A stretch of DNA of 64,000 nt. Origin: the human T2T-CHM13v2.0 reference genome, Homo sapiens. Every line of letters begins with the position of its first letter. Position 1 is the first letter of the stretch. Made by a program: the position numbers and the translations under genes. The notes under the pieces were generated by a model. The model did no database searches. It saw only the letters and a list, made by a program, of their open reading frames with translations, and had not been told where the DNA came from. This document shows, in pieces, positions 26,401-40,094 of the stretch. The stretch lies in the NCBI RefSeq assembly GCF_009914755.1, contig NC_060928.1; one strand, given 5' to 3'.

Positions 26401-27622
26401 CTCCCCCTCCCTCTCTCCTGGGCCATCTAACATTGAGGGTGGATTGACACAATCACCCCTGTGGCCACCACCATTATTACTGTGCTGGGTCAGACCTGAA
26501 GCCAGCACAGTATTGGGTCTCACTCAGGGCCTGCTGTAACTACTGCCTGGCTACTGTCTGTGTTCACATCAAGGCCCTGAGGTACTACAATGAGCCAGTG
26601 GCAATGTCAATCAAGCCTGTGTCCCTCCTTTCAGGTCAATGAGGTTGCCTAAGCCCTGGGTGGATGCAAAGGTGCCATAGAATCAGGGACTAGAGTACAA
26701 AACCTTAGACGTCTACTTAGTATTTGATTTTATTGTGGATGAACCGGCACTCAAACCACAAGATGTAGTCCTTCCCACTCTTCCCTCCCCTTTCCAAAAG
26801 AGGAGAAGCCTCACTCCATAGCACTCGCCACCAGGCCATGAGGAGTACTATCAAACTATGATTTAGCCAATGTTCCCTTAAGGTTCAAGGCTGCCTGGCC
26901 TGAGACTCACTCTTCAGGGCAGTGGGCTTTCTCCTGTTCTAGGGCAGCGCCAGAAATGCCATCCAAGGGTCAAGTCCTGGAATCGGGGATCCTAAGGCAT
27001 CGCGTGTTGCTCTACCGCTCTGTGCCCGTGCTGGTGTGTACAGTACAGGACAAACTCTCTTTTACTTTTCCTTCTGCTTTTCTCAAGCAGGAGTTTTACC
27101 CCATAGCCAACACAGCTGGGAATGTGCTGTGTCTCGCCAAAAGCCAGCAAGTCTCAGAGGCTCACCCAAAGCCCTCAACATAGTACCTGTGGATCGCTGC
27201 TGGTTATTCAGGGTCCAAAGCCTCTTCAGTTAACAAGTGATGAATTCTGCCACAACTGCATCCTTTCCTTCAAGGCAGCAAGTTTCCTTCTGGTCCAGGG
27301 TGTGTCCAGAAATGTCATCTAGGAGCTAGGGCCTGGAACAGGAGCCTTGCAGCACTGATGGTGCCCTATCATTCTGTAGCTGAGCTAGTATCCAAGATGC
27401 GAAGAAAGTCCTTCCCATTTTTTCCTCTCCTATCCTAAAGCGGAAGGAAGAGAGTCTCTTTTGGAGTGTGAGCTGTGCAGCCTAGGGTTTGGGGAGGGGT
27501 GATGCCTTGGCTGCACCAGCTGATGTCTCAGTATGTCACATGCCTTCCAATCCAGTGTCTCTGGACTTAGTTCAGCACTAGGACTCATCTAAGAGTTGTA
27601 GTCCTTATGGCCTAGACCACCT
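20484..27622 (-). mobile_element. Near full-length old L1 (L1MA1-3 type, ~7.1 kb); ORFs disrupted
   Basis: 3' UTR reverse complement (gtatatatttatggggtatctgagatgttttgatacaggcatgcaatg). ORF2 remnants on the minus strand: 21103-21315 ([21 protein letters not shown]), 22691-22948 ([25 protein letters not shown]), 23130-23372 (MDKFLDTH). GC-richer 5' UTR at ~26200-27620. Confidence 0.92.
26363..26418. repeat. (CT)n/pyrimidine microsatellite inside the L1 5' region
   Basis: ctttctctctctttctttctttctctctctctctctctctcccc. Confidence 0.85.
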
Positions 27623-28820
27623 ACAAGAAAGAAATGACAGTAAGTAGAAGAAAGTGTATCCTCTCCTAACATTCATCAATATTTTACTTTTCATAAAGCA
27701 TAAACTTATCTCCTGAATATGTTACAATTGTCTTAAGAAAGTAACCCACCAGTCTTCAACTTAGTCTGCAGATACTCTAGTATTGTCATTATTTCTTAGT
27801 TGTAAAGAAATGTTCCAGTTAAGGACAGGGAGAAGATTTAGAAAGTAAGGAGCTACAAAGGAAGTACAAACATTTTAATGCAATATATATTTAGAAAAAA
27901 TAGATTACAAAACAATTATAGTTTCAGTCAAGACAATGACATAATTGGTTCATTGGTCAAACTGGCAGACTTAAGCTTTGGGAATTGATAGTAAGTATTG
28001 TTGACAAAATTATTTCTAAAGTATATGAAACACTGAACTAATTGTCAACATTAATTGAAAAGCTCTGACATAAATAATAGGTAAAATCTAGTCTAGTGAA
28101 ATAGGAATCAAACTAGGATTCTGCTAAGACTCAATCTCAAGTCTGCATTCCAAACTAAGAAATTTCAGAAGCTATACTCTGATTAAATTGGATAATTGTC
28201 ATAAACCACCATATTTTAAATTGTCTTTTCACATAGAGAGTGTTGTTATTGTTTTTAAAATTAAAGATATCATGTACAAACATTTGGATTCAGCAATTCT
28301 TTGTCAATTGGGTCTCAGAATTTGACATATTTTAAATTATATTCTATAATTGTAAATGCTACATGCAATAGTCCAAAATACACAATTATAAGTTAAACAA
28401 ATGCACCAAAGTGTAATTATATAATTTAATCCAGTTTCAAAGTATCTGCAACCTCATAGTACTTTATTTAAAGCACTTACCACAGTTGCCAGGGCAATGT
28501 TTTCTCCTTTGTAAACTGTTAATTTTATTCATTTTTCACATGTGCATAAATGCAATGGGAAAATTGATACTGATTGAATGGCAATTATGATTTCAGAATA
28601 TACCACCAACTTGATATAAAAATCATACTGTATCATTATTATAAGATTTATTGAGGCAAAGAAAGAAATTACGGATATCTTGTATATTTTAACTAATAAG
28701 CATGGGCGACAAAACTTTATTGAATTAAGTAATCTACTTAAATAAAACATTGGAAGATATTTTTCCGAAGTAGTTTCTGAAAGCTTTTCTTTCTGTAAAG
28801 GAAGAATCATAGACTATAGG

Positions 28821-29187
28821 TGCCATGATTTGAATGTTTGTGTCCTTCTAAAATTCAAGTTGAAACTAAATCTCAGTGCAATAATATTAAGAGGTGGAGC
28901 CTTTCAAAAGTGTCAACAAGTCTCATCAGGTCTCAGCTCTCAGGAATAGATCAGTGCCTTATAAAAGAACTGGAGGGAACTAGCCTGACCTTTTCCTTTC
29001 CATCCTTCCTGTCATATGCGGACACCTAAATGGTGCTGTCTATGAGGAACAGGCTTTCACCAGACATAGAACCTGCCAGCATCTTGATCTTGGACTTCGG
29101 GGACTCCAGAACTGCAAGAAATAAATTTCTGTTGTTCACAATTTATCCAAAAAAGTATTGTTATGGCAGTACAAATGGACTAAGACA
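28821..29187 (+). mobile_element. MaLR solo LTR (MSTC/MSTD-like)
   Basis: tgccatgatttgaatgtttgtgtcc...atcttgatcttggactt...aaataaatttctgttgttc...ggactaagaca, flanked by near-TSD atagg/agagg. Confidence 0.85.
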
Positions 29188-29366
29188 AGAGGTTTCCTAA
29201 GGTGCTTCCTATCTAAAAACCTTTGATTATATGACTGTGTCTGTATGCATCTACACATCATACAGAAACTCAAGCTAGGAGAAGGGTATGCCAATTCTGT
29301 GTAAACGATGCCTTCTAGTTAGCCAGGTGAAGCACTTTGGGTCTACTCATGATTTATTATCAGAGT

Positions 29367-29978
29367 AGTGTGTATATATACATATATATGCATACATATA
29401 TAAATGTATGCATATGTGTGTGTGTGTACACATATATATGTGTGTATATGTGTGTACACATATATATGTGTGTATATGTGTGTACACATATATATGTGTG
29501 TATATGTGTGTACACATATATATGTGTGTATATGTGTGTACACATATATATGTGTGTATATGTGTGTGTACACATATATATGTGTGTATGTGTGTGTACA
29601 CATATATATGTGTGTATGTGTGTGTACACATATATATGTGTGTATGTGTGTGTACACATATATATGTGTGTATGTGTGTGTACACATATATATGTGTGTA
29701 TGTGTGTGTACACATATATATGTGTATGTGTGTGTACACATATATATGTGTATGTGTGTGTACACATATATATGTGTATGTGTGTGTACACATATATATG
29801 TGTATACGTGTGTGTGCACATATATGTGTATATGTGTGTGTGTGCACTTATATGTGTGTATGTGTGTGTGTACACATATATGTGTGTATGTGTGTGTGCA
29901 TATATATGCGTACACACACACATATATACATGTGTACACACACACACATATATATACACATATATATATATGTATGTA
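29367..29978. repeat. Alternating purine-pyrimidine minisatellite, ~26-28 bp unit (tgtgtacacatatatatgtgtgtatatg)
   Basis: Directly visible tandem array; it produces the stop-free ORFs seen in all six frames. Confidence 0.95.
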
Positions 29979-30624
29979 TTAGGGTTTAGAGCCCAAGAGT
30001 TTAATTTTGGTCCTGGGTTGAAAACTCTTTAAAGTACTAAACTGGATTCAGGGTGATTATAGCACACTTAATTCTATGAACAGACTGAAAGGAAAAATAA
30101 AGCCTTGAGCTTCTGGGAAGATAATCTATATAACTTTCACAGAGCAAAAGCTGAGGATTTTATGATAAATAAAAACACTTTACCAAGTGGTACAGCTAAA
30201 CACTCTCAATATAAGAAGGAAGGACAAAATGTTGAGTAGATTGTCTGATTTCTCTGAGCATACTTTAGGTTTTCTCAACTTATTAGTAGGAATAGAGTTG
30301 GGAAACTGCCAAGACAGCATCTATAACACTTGCTTGTTTAGACTCCCCTACTCATACCTTTTAGAAAAATCCTGCAAAGTCTTTGATACCATCTTTGGAG
30401 GCTTCTGAAGAGTGGGCATTTTGTATCCTCTTGCCTAAGACTGTTGGAAGAATAGAGTTAAAACAGGTTGGTAGAATCTGGTGGCCTCCTTGCTTCAGGA
30501 ATGTAATTGGCTAGTAGTAGTGGTGAGATTTGGGGTGTAGAAGCAGGAGTAGATGCAACTTGTTGGGAACCTACACTAAGCCTTTTATCCATTCTAATTC
30601 AGTCTTCTGCACAATGCTGAGTTA

Positions 30625-30745
30625 AGCTGTTATTCACATTTTTAAAGGTGAGAAAATTTGAAGGTCAGAGACACTGAGTAACTTGCTAAAGATTATAGAG
30701 CTAAGAAATGTTGATCTTATACTTTATCCTAGATAGGTCTGCCCC
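30625..30745 (-). mobile_element. MIR fragment
   Basis: cacatttttaaaggtgagaaaatttgaaggtcagagacactgagtaacttgctaaagat. Confidence 0.65.
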
Positions 30746-31264
30746 TCAAGCTTCTTCACTTTCTATCATACTTTGGTAAATGATAAGACAGCCCAGGAAT
30801 TTTGGAGTTTTAGCATAAAAGTCTATGGGAAATACCGCTGTAAACTTTCCATGCTGGCCAGCGTGAGAAACAGTTATATAATTTTTACTAGCTACAGGCC
30901 AGTTAACATTGAAATGGTATGGCTTTCCTAATGACAAAGATGTCAGTCAAAATTAATTAATTCAATGTCTACATCTGTACATTTCAATCTACAAGCAGAT
31001 GTTGAGAATGCCTGAAGTTAAGCATATACAGAAAGAAATATTCAATCAGGTAATTGCATTACATATATATTTCTAAATAAACAGGTGTTGTGCAATTTTA
31101 ATTATCAATGAGATAAATTACCTTTGTTATTTTCCATTATAAAATTATGAAATTCTTAGTAGAGGAAAATATAAAATATAGACTATTTAAAGCAAACAGT
31201 GCAAGCTTTAGGCTGTATTTTTTCAGTGATTATATTCTATGCATTTATAAAATCCAGGTCATAT

Positions 31265-31500
31265 CAGAGAGGTTAAGGTCATCGTCTCTTGAGTTAGACT
31301 CCTGGACTCTGCTGGTATGAGTTCTATATCCTTTGGCAATGTACTTCTTCTTTCTGTGCCTTTGTTTCCTCATTATTGAAATGATACATACAACATAGGT
31401 AGGTTATGTTAGTTACATTAATTTATATTAAATAAATGAATGCATGTAATATGCCTTGTGTATATTAAGTTTTCAATAAATGCTAGCTAGATATTATTGA
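31265..31500 (+). mobile_element. MIR SINE
   Basis: ggttaagg...ttgagttagac...ctttggcaatgtacttcttctttctgtgcctttgtttcctcatt...tcaataaatgctagct. Confidence 0.7.
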
Positions 31501-32185
31501 TATTATTGCTACCCTCACACAATATGTAGCATAATGTGTATTTTTAAAACTTTTTACATATTATTATACATTTGGACTTTTCTGTTACTCTATACTATCT
31601 TCATTCAACCATTGTTAATGATGGCATAAATTTAAAAAATACATTATTGAAGCCCACAATTTTCACAGCATTATTATAATAGGTAAAGTCAAACATGTAT
31701 TAATTATTTTACCTCACTTTTAAAGGCTCTTTTGAGGTTATCCATATTTGTGGTGGCAAAAATCAGATATAAACTGTGCAAGAAAGGAATATGGTCACTT
31801 TGATGAAAATCAAACAGAAGGTCAAGGAAATTGAGATAGATGACCTACTGCTAAGCAGGCATTATGTAAGCATTATTAAAAGGACAGGACATAAATCACC
31901 ACAGACATATAGAGTTTTTTTTTTCTAATTCTGCCTCTTAAAATGACCATAGTTTTAGTTTATAATGACAGTGCAAAGAATATATTAGAATGAAGGACAA
32001 GAGAGTTTTGGGGGTGGGGGGATGGTAACAAAAAGAAAAGGTCCATGTGACTTCATCCTGATGCATGCACAATAGTCTAATCTTTCTAATGATATAAGAG
32101 AAAACACAAAGGAGCCCACAATGCCACAGGAAAGGGCAATTAACTATCTGTGGACTTAGAAAGTATTTAGATATCTGCTGTAGAC

Positions 32186-32361
32186 CAGGATTTTCAAACC
32201 CAACTGCACTTTGGAATTACTTGGAGAATTCATAAAAACAATGCTGTTAGGCTCCATTCCCTAGAGATTCTGATTCAATTTATTTGTGCAGTGCAAGGTG
32301 TCAGTATTTTTTCAAAGTTTTTCAAGTGCTGTAATATGCATAACAGAGCTGAGAACTACTG
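32186..32361. mobile_element. MER5A-like hAT-Charlie MITE
   Basis: caggattttcaaacc...ccctagagattctgattcaatt...agagctgagaactactg. Confidence 0.75.
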
Positions 32362-32642
32362 TGGTAGATTCATTTTCCTATCTATGAAAAAACATGTATG
32401 CATATTTTTAGTAACTTCTTGCCTTAAAATGTTTATCTCAGCATAAATTTTAGTCAAAATACTTATGATATTTTAAACAAACACAACAGTTTGTTTAAAC
32501 AGTTGTTTCCATCTTTTGTATGAAATATTTCCATTGGTTACTATATCCTTTAGCATCTCATTTGTTCCTTATATACAAATCCCTGCAATCCTTAACAATT
32601 TTAAGCTCCATCTACAGGCAAAGTTTTAAACTCCCTCTAGAA

Positions 32643-32841
32643 CAGGATTTGTCATCTTCAGTACTATTGAAACTTTGGGCTAAATTATACTCTTTTTTGT
32701 TCGGGGGAGGGAGGATGTCGAGTGCTTTGTAGGATGTTTAGCAGAATCTCTGGTCTCCAATCTCTAGATGTGTAACATTCTTTAGTACTGACAATTGAAA
32801 ATAGTTCCAAACATTGTCAGGTGTCCCTAGTTGAAGTCACT
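32643..32841 (+). mobile_element. MER20-like hAT-Charlie element
   Basis: cagtactattgaaactttgggctaaattatactc...tgtaggatgtttagcagaatctctggtctccaatctctagatg...ccaaacattgtcaggtgtccc. Confidence 0.75.
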
Positions 32842-33262
32842 TCTCAAGAGTTATTCATGTCCTTAATCAGTGTCTGGGTAAAGAATCCTGGTTAACTGTG
32901 ATGGACCGAACATTCATGATTTCCTGTACTCTCTGAAAAAAAAAAAACAAAAAAAAAACACTCAATAAAATAGCATATAAAGATTAACAAGGCACAAAGT
33001 AACAGGAAAAAGAGACAAGTAGGATAGGTTGAAAATATTTATATGCAGCAACTAGCCTCCCAGGTCAAGTTTTATAAACCTCCATAAGAATACAGGATCC
33101 AAAAGGTAGAAGAGGGAGATGAAGTGATCGCCTAGTTATTATAGAGTATCTAGTCACCTATTTCACAAATTCCTGAGAATTCTGGCATACAGGCTTATTT
33201 CCCCTAGGCAAGAAATTAGAGGATTCATCTCTGGAGAAAATAAAAGAAACAATTTGCAAATA

Positions 33263-33498
33263 CAGTTGACCCTCGAACGACATGGGTTTGAACTGCACGG
33301 GTCCACTTATACACAGATATTTTTCAGCCAAACACAGATCAAAAATACAGCATTCCCAGGATGGGAAACCTGCATGTAGGAGAGACCGACTTTTTCTGTA
33401 AGTGGCTTCTTGGGGTCTACTGAGGGACTTGGAGTGCTCAGATGTTGAGTACATGTAGGGGTCCAGGGAACACTCCCATGTGTACAAAGGGACAACTG
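33263..33498 (+). mobile_element. MER8 (Tigger2-derived MITE)
   Basis: ta|cagttgaccctcgaacgacatgggtttgaactgcacgggtccactta...agggacaactg|ca; inverted termini, ~236 bp. Confidence 0.85.
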
Positions 33499-34014
33499 CA
33501 GTTTAGGTTTTTCAAAAAAAAGAAAAAGAGCATCCCACAATGAAATCAACCAGTTGAAACCAACCACACTTCCAGTTACCTTTGTGGTGCCTCACTCTTA
33601 AATATGAATGTACATCCAAAGATTACCATTCATCCAAGCAAAACCTTTTAAGATATAAGATGAAAGAGGAAAAGAGAGAAAATGTAAAAAGCAGAAGAAA
33701 ATTTAAAAAGAAAAAAAACTATACCAATGAAACTTCAGAGATAAATGAAGTGACTAAGTGATTAAGCTAAATGAAACAAAAGAGATAATACAAAACATCT
33801 GTTAAAAAGTAAAACTATAATATGAAAATAAAATGAATATTTAAAAATAAAGCCAATACATCCTACTAGAAAGGCAAATAAAAATACAAGGAGAAAGAAA
33901 TTGGAAATAAAATATTAGGAAATTACCAATGATTAAGAAATACATCTGAGAGGAAAAGAACAGAGGAACTGGATGGAAAGTAGACTATCAAGAAAATCAA
34001 GGAAATGTCTCAGA

Positions 34015-34380
34015 ACTAAAGGGCTTAGAATTGTCTTCCGCTGCAAATTTATGTTGAAACCTAATCTTTACTACCTCAGAATGTGATAGTATTTGAAGAT
34101 AGGGCCTTTAAAGAGGTGATTAAATGATGAACCATAATAAAATTTGACTGGTATCTTGAAAATAAGGGGAAATTTGGACACACAACAGAGCAATGAGGAT
34201 GTGAGGACACAGCAAGAAGAGGACCATCTGCAAGCCAAGAGGAGAGGCCTCGGAAGAAACCAAACCTGACAACCACGAATTTTGAACTTTTGGCTTTATA
34301 GCAGTGAAAAAATGAACTTCTATTGTTTAAGCCACCCAGTCTATGGTATCTGGTTATGTCAGCTTCAGCAAACAAATACA
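34015..34380 (+). mobile_element. MaLR solo LTR (MLT1B-like)
   Basis: acctcagaatgtgatagtatttgaagatagggcctttaaagagg...ccatctgcaagccaagaggagaggcctc...ttgtttaagccacccagtctatggta...aataca. Confidence 0.85.
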
Positions 34381-34848
34381 CCAAAGGGTGAAAAATGCAC
34401 TTCTCATCAAAAAGAACATCATAGTGAAATTTCAAAATACAAAGGTCAAATATTCTCAAAAGCTTCCAGAGAAAAAGCCCTTACAAAACATTAGAAATCT
34501 CAAGTATTATGCTTTATAAACGCAGCCCTGGAAACCAGAAGGCAGTGAAATAATGCCTTGACAATTCTAAGGGGAATTAATTTCCCAGCTAGACTTCTAT
34601 ATCCAGCCATCTTATCAGTCAAGGATGGAATAAAGCAATTTTTAGTAATGCACAGTTTCAAAATATTTACCTCCCATATGTTTCTTCTCAGAAATATGTG
34701 GAAAGATATGTTCTAACAAAATTGGCAAGGTACTCAGGAAATAGTACAACGTGGGATCAAGAAAAATAGAGATTCAACTTAAGAGAGAAGAGAGGAGAAT
34801 CCTTGGGGTGATAGTGAAGCGCTCAGAGAATAACCACGACTTTTTGGT

Positions 34849-34896
34849 TCTGACAATAACCATTGAAAGGATAAATATTTTAGAAAAATATTTCCA
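34849..34896. repeat. Copy 1 of a 48-bp dispersed direct repeat
   Basis: tctgacaataaccattgaaaggataaatattttagaaaaatatttcca; 47/48 identical to 36818-36865. Confidence 0.92.
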
Positions 34897-35500
34897 GATA
34901 CCAATAAAGAATGATGCCAAGAAATGAAACTAAAATCAAACAAAATCTTTTACTAAAAAAACATTGACTTGCACTGTTGAGAGTGAATTCATGATAGAAG
35001 TAGAGAGACTAAAGAAATGAAAAATTAGGCAATCTTTAATTTTAGCAAAAAGAAAAGTTGCATAAGAAAGAAAATGTAATTTTTATATACTGAAAGTCTC
35101 AATTATGAATGCTCACACAGATAAAACAATGTATGCCTGGGATAATAATTTTAAAGCACTAACTCTTGGGAGGATGGATAAAAGGGAAATGGGTGTAGAG
35201 ATAAGTGCTGGCCAAGTGTAGGAAGCTATATTCTCATCTCCTCTAATACAAAGTCAATAGCTAAAACTAAAACAGAAAGTTCACATAATATTATATAAGC
35301 ATTCTACTTAGAAATATGGAAGTGATGATTAGGAGAAATGTTTAAAATAGCTGCCTCCATGAAGCAAGAATCAGAAGTGGAGAGGGATAGGGCAGGTGTT
35401 GCTTGTCATTGCTGTTATAAACTGGTAAAAATTTTTGAATTTTAAAACTCTGTGCATTGCACAATTTGAAAAAAATAATAATTAAAAAAATAATAAGTCA

Positions 35501-35835
<335 letters not shown>

Positions 35836-36817
35836 TTAAACTTTGATTTGAGGTAATTCTGTTTTCTCAGCATTTCTACTGGTTGTTATGGCTGAGACCC
35901 AGCCTCGGGCTGAGTCATCATTGATTTAGGCCTCACCAGCCACAGAATCAATTAATATTGGGTTTCCAATAGTCTTTCACCCTGTGTCCCCTTCTAATAT
36001 CCTTGGATCCTCTTTTCAGACAAAATGGACCTTGCAGATACTTGTGTTGGAAATTTGACCAGTTTCTTATTTTCTTCTTCCCAGCATAGAAGTCCAGGAA
36101 CAAGACAGAAATCCATTTATTTGAATGGATGCCCTGGATCAGAAATGAGGACATGTCTTTGTGTCACTCTTCCAAATAGAAGTCTTAGAACAAATGAATA
36201 GTCTGAATAATAAAGTATTTCTCTGATTCCTGATTGCCTGCACCCCAGCTATTAAATACATAAACTCTGATCAACGACTTGCCCTTTACCTTTGCAATGG
36301 AAATCTCTTGAACTTTGTTGCTGGTTGGAGTCCCCTTATGTTCATTCATTCATTCATTGAGTCAGTCAGTCAGTCTTGCATTCAATTATTCATGCAACAC
36401 ACAGTGCCAGTTTATCTGTCTACAGACCTCGCTGATGACTGACTGCCTACTCACATCCTTTCTTAAAGGGGAACTATAAAGTATCTGCCTCTATAACTTC
36501 TGCCTGGAAACCCAGCAACCAGCTTTGCTTATTTGACTTCCTAAACTTAGTAGTATCCCTTCCTTTCAGCACTAGTTTGAGTTTTTCTCCCATAAACCAC
36601 TTATTAAAGTCACTTTAGATTTAAGATACCTTCCTTGAAATGAGCATAGTGTTACCTTGCCTGCCTAAAGACAGAAAAGCTTGAAAAAATGCTCTTGACA
36701 TTTATTCTATCTTCAAGAATCTTTGTTTTTAAATTCTATTGGCCTTCTCAGATATAGTTTACTCTGAAAGCCTCCTATTTTAAAAAGTAACACAGAAGCA
36801 AAGAGGTTTTTAAAGCC

Positions 36818-36865
36818 TCTGACAATAACCATTGACAGGATAAATATTTTAGAAAAATATTTCCA
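36818..36865. repeat. Copy 2 of the 48-bp dispersed direct repeat
   Basis: tctgacaataaccattgacaggataaatattttagaaaaatatttcca. Confidence 0.92.
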
Positions 36866-37582
36866 ACTGTTATTCTTTGATTATTATTGAGAAACAAACA
36901 TTCAGAAACAGACAGAAAAGGTTTTTGGCAATTAAGCTCTTGAACAAAGAAAGCTGATGGATTTCTCAGTGGGGAAATAAGAGATACATGGTTGGCTCCA
37001 TTTTAGGTCTTGTAAGTACATTAATGAGGCTTGTTCTAGGGTTTCTATGAATATAAAACTCTCATTGACTTGAATGTACTTCAGTGTTCCTGGACTACTA
37101 TTGGAGTTTTGCCTGAAAAAGGACACAGAATGAGACTCCTGCACCATAGGTCCTTAGGGACAGGTAGCCCCAGATTTTACACAGATCCTCTATAAATGTC
37201 CCACTGTGATAAACACTGACATTACAGAATCATTTCTCAGTTTTTGTCTCAATTTTTTTTTTATTTTCATAAATGCAATTATCATCTGTGTGTTATTTTT
37301 CAGTATATTTCTTTAACTTTTCCAGGACATGTCTACAGACTGGCAGCTGCCTGCTTTTCAGATGAGTGGGTGCCTATAAGACAGCAAAGAGAACAGGGCA
37401 TTTTGACTTGCAAAAGATAAAAGTTAGCACACATGTACTATTAGAGATTGGAATAGCTAAAATCCCATTTCACCACTTCTCTGATGGCCATGTGTTCAAG
37501 TCCTGGCCAATGAAACAGAGCTCTGCTGCTTTTACCTCTTTGAACTTTCCATGGGATACCTGGAGGAGTGGCAGCCATTACT

Positions 37583-37637
37583 AAAGATGATAGAATGGAG
37601 GGTAAGAGACAAAAGATGATAGAATGGAGGGTAAGAG
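37583..37637. repeat. Perfect 26-bp duplication with a 3-bp spacer
   Basis: aaagatgatagaatggagggtaagag aca aaagatgatagaatggagggtaagag. Confidence 0.9.
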
Positions 37638-40094
37638 TCTACATTTTGGCTAGAAACTTGTGTTTTTACTAGCTGCAGAACATGGTTTATACATGCAAAT
37701 GTGGCCTAGTATAGAAATGAATGGAAATTCGTGGTTTGCAGCAAGGCCACATTCTACCATCTGAGTGTTCTATCCTCAAAGCCCATGGCAGGCCTTTAGA
37801 AAAGAGACGTAGTCTTTACAGACCTGTAAGGTCAGTTTACCAAACTCTACAACACACCTTTGACAGTATATATTTGAGAGAAAATTATCTCATACTTTCT
37901 TCCCTATTTACTCCACCCTCTAACACAATATGCAGTCTTAACACTTCAGGGTGATTTTAAAGATATAGTTTTATAGAACTATTCCAGAAAGATCAACAGT
38001 GTAGGTGTGATTTCTCCAAGTTAGCACAAAATTTAGATAAAAATAGATTATATTAATGCATTAATACATATACCTGGTGTATAACTGTTATATAGGTTAA
38101 ACATAACTTTTTCCATAGAAATTTAGTTTATGGTCGCTGCTCATTACATAAGCTGATGTTAATTCTACTGCCCACCAGGAAGCAGAAATTCTTTGAGCTG
38201 TTATTTAAGCATATATCAAAGGGAGAAGATCACAGAGCAGGATTTCTCCCCACCTGCCTGTGTTATTTCCTGCTGGGGGATCACCTCTCATTAGTAGCTG
38301 CTTAAAGAGCAGAGATTTGCAGTAAAATAAATTGATAAGCAGGGACTAAGGGACTGAGTGGAAAATTTTCAACCACTAATACACTACTAGCTGATTTTGT
38401 ACTTCTAAAAATGTCAATATACATACTGAAATACTAAGTGACGACTTCTGAGAACACACAGGAACACACACACAAACACACATACATACCAATACCAAGT
38501 AAAATGAGGGTGAGTAGGGAGAGGATTCAGTGTTTCTACCCTTTTGTAAGACAAGGCATGAATATATGAATTAGTATTGACATAGAGAACAGGCACTTGT
38601 ACTCTTGTGGGTTAAAGTTCCAATGAGTACTAATGAGCATGCCTTCAGCACTTTCTCATTAGACTCCAATTCTTTTCTTTCAGTTTCTGAACTCTTTGCT
38701 TTATAAACTCCAAATTCAATTAATATTAAAATATTCAGGAATCACTATTTTCAGAAAAAGTCAGCAAACTGCATCATCTTTAGTGTTTTCAATAATACAT
38801 TGCACAGTGACTTTCCTTCACAAATAATTCATTTAACAGCTAAGATGTCACATTTTGAAACTAGGGATGTAACCTTAAGAAATCTTCCACAAAGATACTG
38901 CAAACAAGAGGAAGCTTTCCAGAAAGCTGTGGCAGTTAATGTGTATGAGATATATTTTCTGAGCCCATACAAAGGAAGCATGAGTTAAATAAAGACTTTC
39001 TCACCCAGCACTGAAAACAATAAGTGATGACAACTTCAATTATGGGTAATGAAAACAGCTAACATGTATAGAGCACTACAGAATTCAAAAAGAGTTTATA
39101 ATACATTGCCTCATACAAACTATCGTTATTCTAATCATTGTTTTGCCAGATTCCTACAAAACAGGTTTCCTTAGGGTGTTTCACTATGTCAGGCTAAAAA
39201 CACAATGATTTGTGACAGTTGGTCAGGTTACAAGCTGCAGGAGATAACAGAAGAGTTTCTAGGTTTTCAGTTTCATTGTCAAAAGAAGATAGGATCTCTA
39301 ACTCTACATCTAGGCAGCCCCTTTAAACCTGGTCTGCAGTGTCAGTGGAAGTTACCTTCAAGAGTAGTAAACATCAATTAAGCTGCAGAACTTTTTTTTT
39401 TTCTGCACCCCAATTACTGACAGAAATTCTAAGTCATCTTAGCTAAATTAGGAGCTGTTTAAAAATTTTCCCAAGGATTTTTAGACTTGTCAAAGTGGAG
39501 GAATTTCTGACATTTAGACAGATTTAAATCATAAGAACACATTTACAGTTTAAAAATTAAAAGGTAGTTCTCAAAGAGTCCCATATTACGTGATGGCTAT
39601 ATCCATTTTGGTGGGTGCGAGAGTGATAGGAGGTTGTTTAAGAGATGGATAAAATGCACAAATCAAGAAGACAAGTAGAATGATGATGGCCCAAGGAGAT
39701 TTTCCAGGCTTGCTTTTAAGGTTGGCTTCCCAAACTCTACTCTCAATTCTGTTACAGAAGAGTAATTGAATATTTACTCCAATTATTTTTCCAATTTCAT
39801 TATTTCTTTTTGTAGGAAACATAAGGAGATAGAACAGCAATCTTAAACCTCAGATCCAACAAAATCAGCCTACTTTATCTTGTACAGATGTTATCACCTT
39901 TATTGTTTTATTCCAAGAAAAGCAATCCTTTTCAAATGTCTCTTTATTCTTTCTCTTCCTTGGATTAAAATGAAGGAATTTCTATCTCTTGAGGGAACTA
40001 AGTAGTTAATAAAGAGCAAAAGGGATCATGTTGAAATACGGGATTGATATTCCAATCTCTTTTGTCTATTGACCTGCGAGCCAAGAAGTGATAT

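Larger units (their letters stand above)
32950..35492 (+). mobile_element. HAL1 (half-L1) or old L1ME ORF1-like element, interrupted by MER8 and MLT1B
   Basis: A-rich ORF1-like remnants (catcatagtgaaatttcaaaatac, aaaagcttccagagaaaa, ctggaaaccagaaggcagtgaaataatgcctt, agacttctatatccagcca) and a 3' A-rich tail near 35470-35490. The 5' boundary is approximate. Confidence 0.6.

Noticed and set aside
29337-30032. Six overlapping 166-231 aa ORFs rich in C/V/Y/H/T
   Set aside because: Artefact of an alternating RY minisatellite, which cannot contain stop codons.
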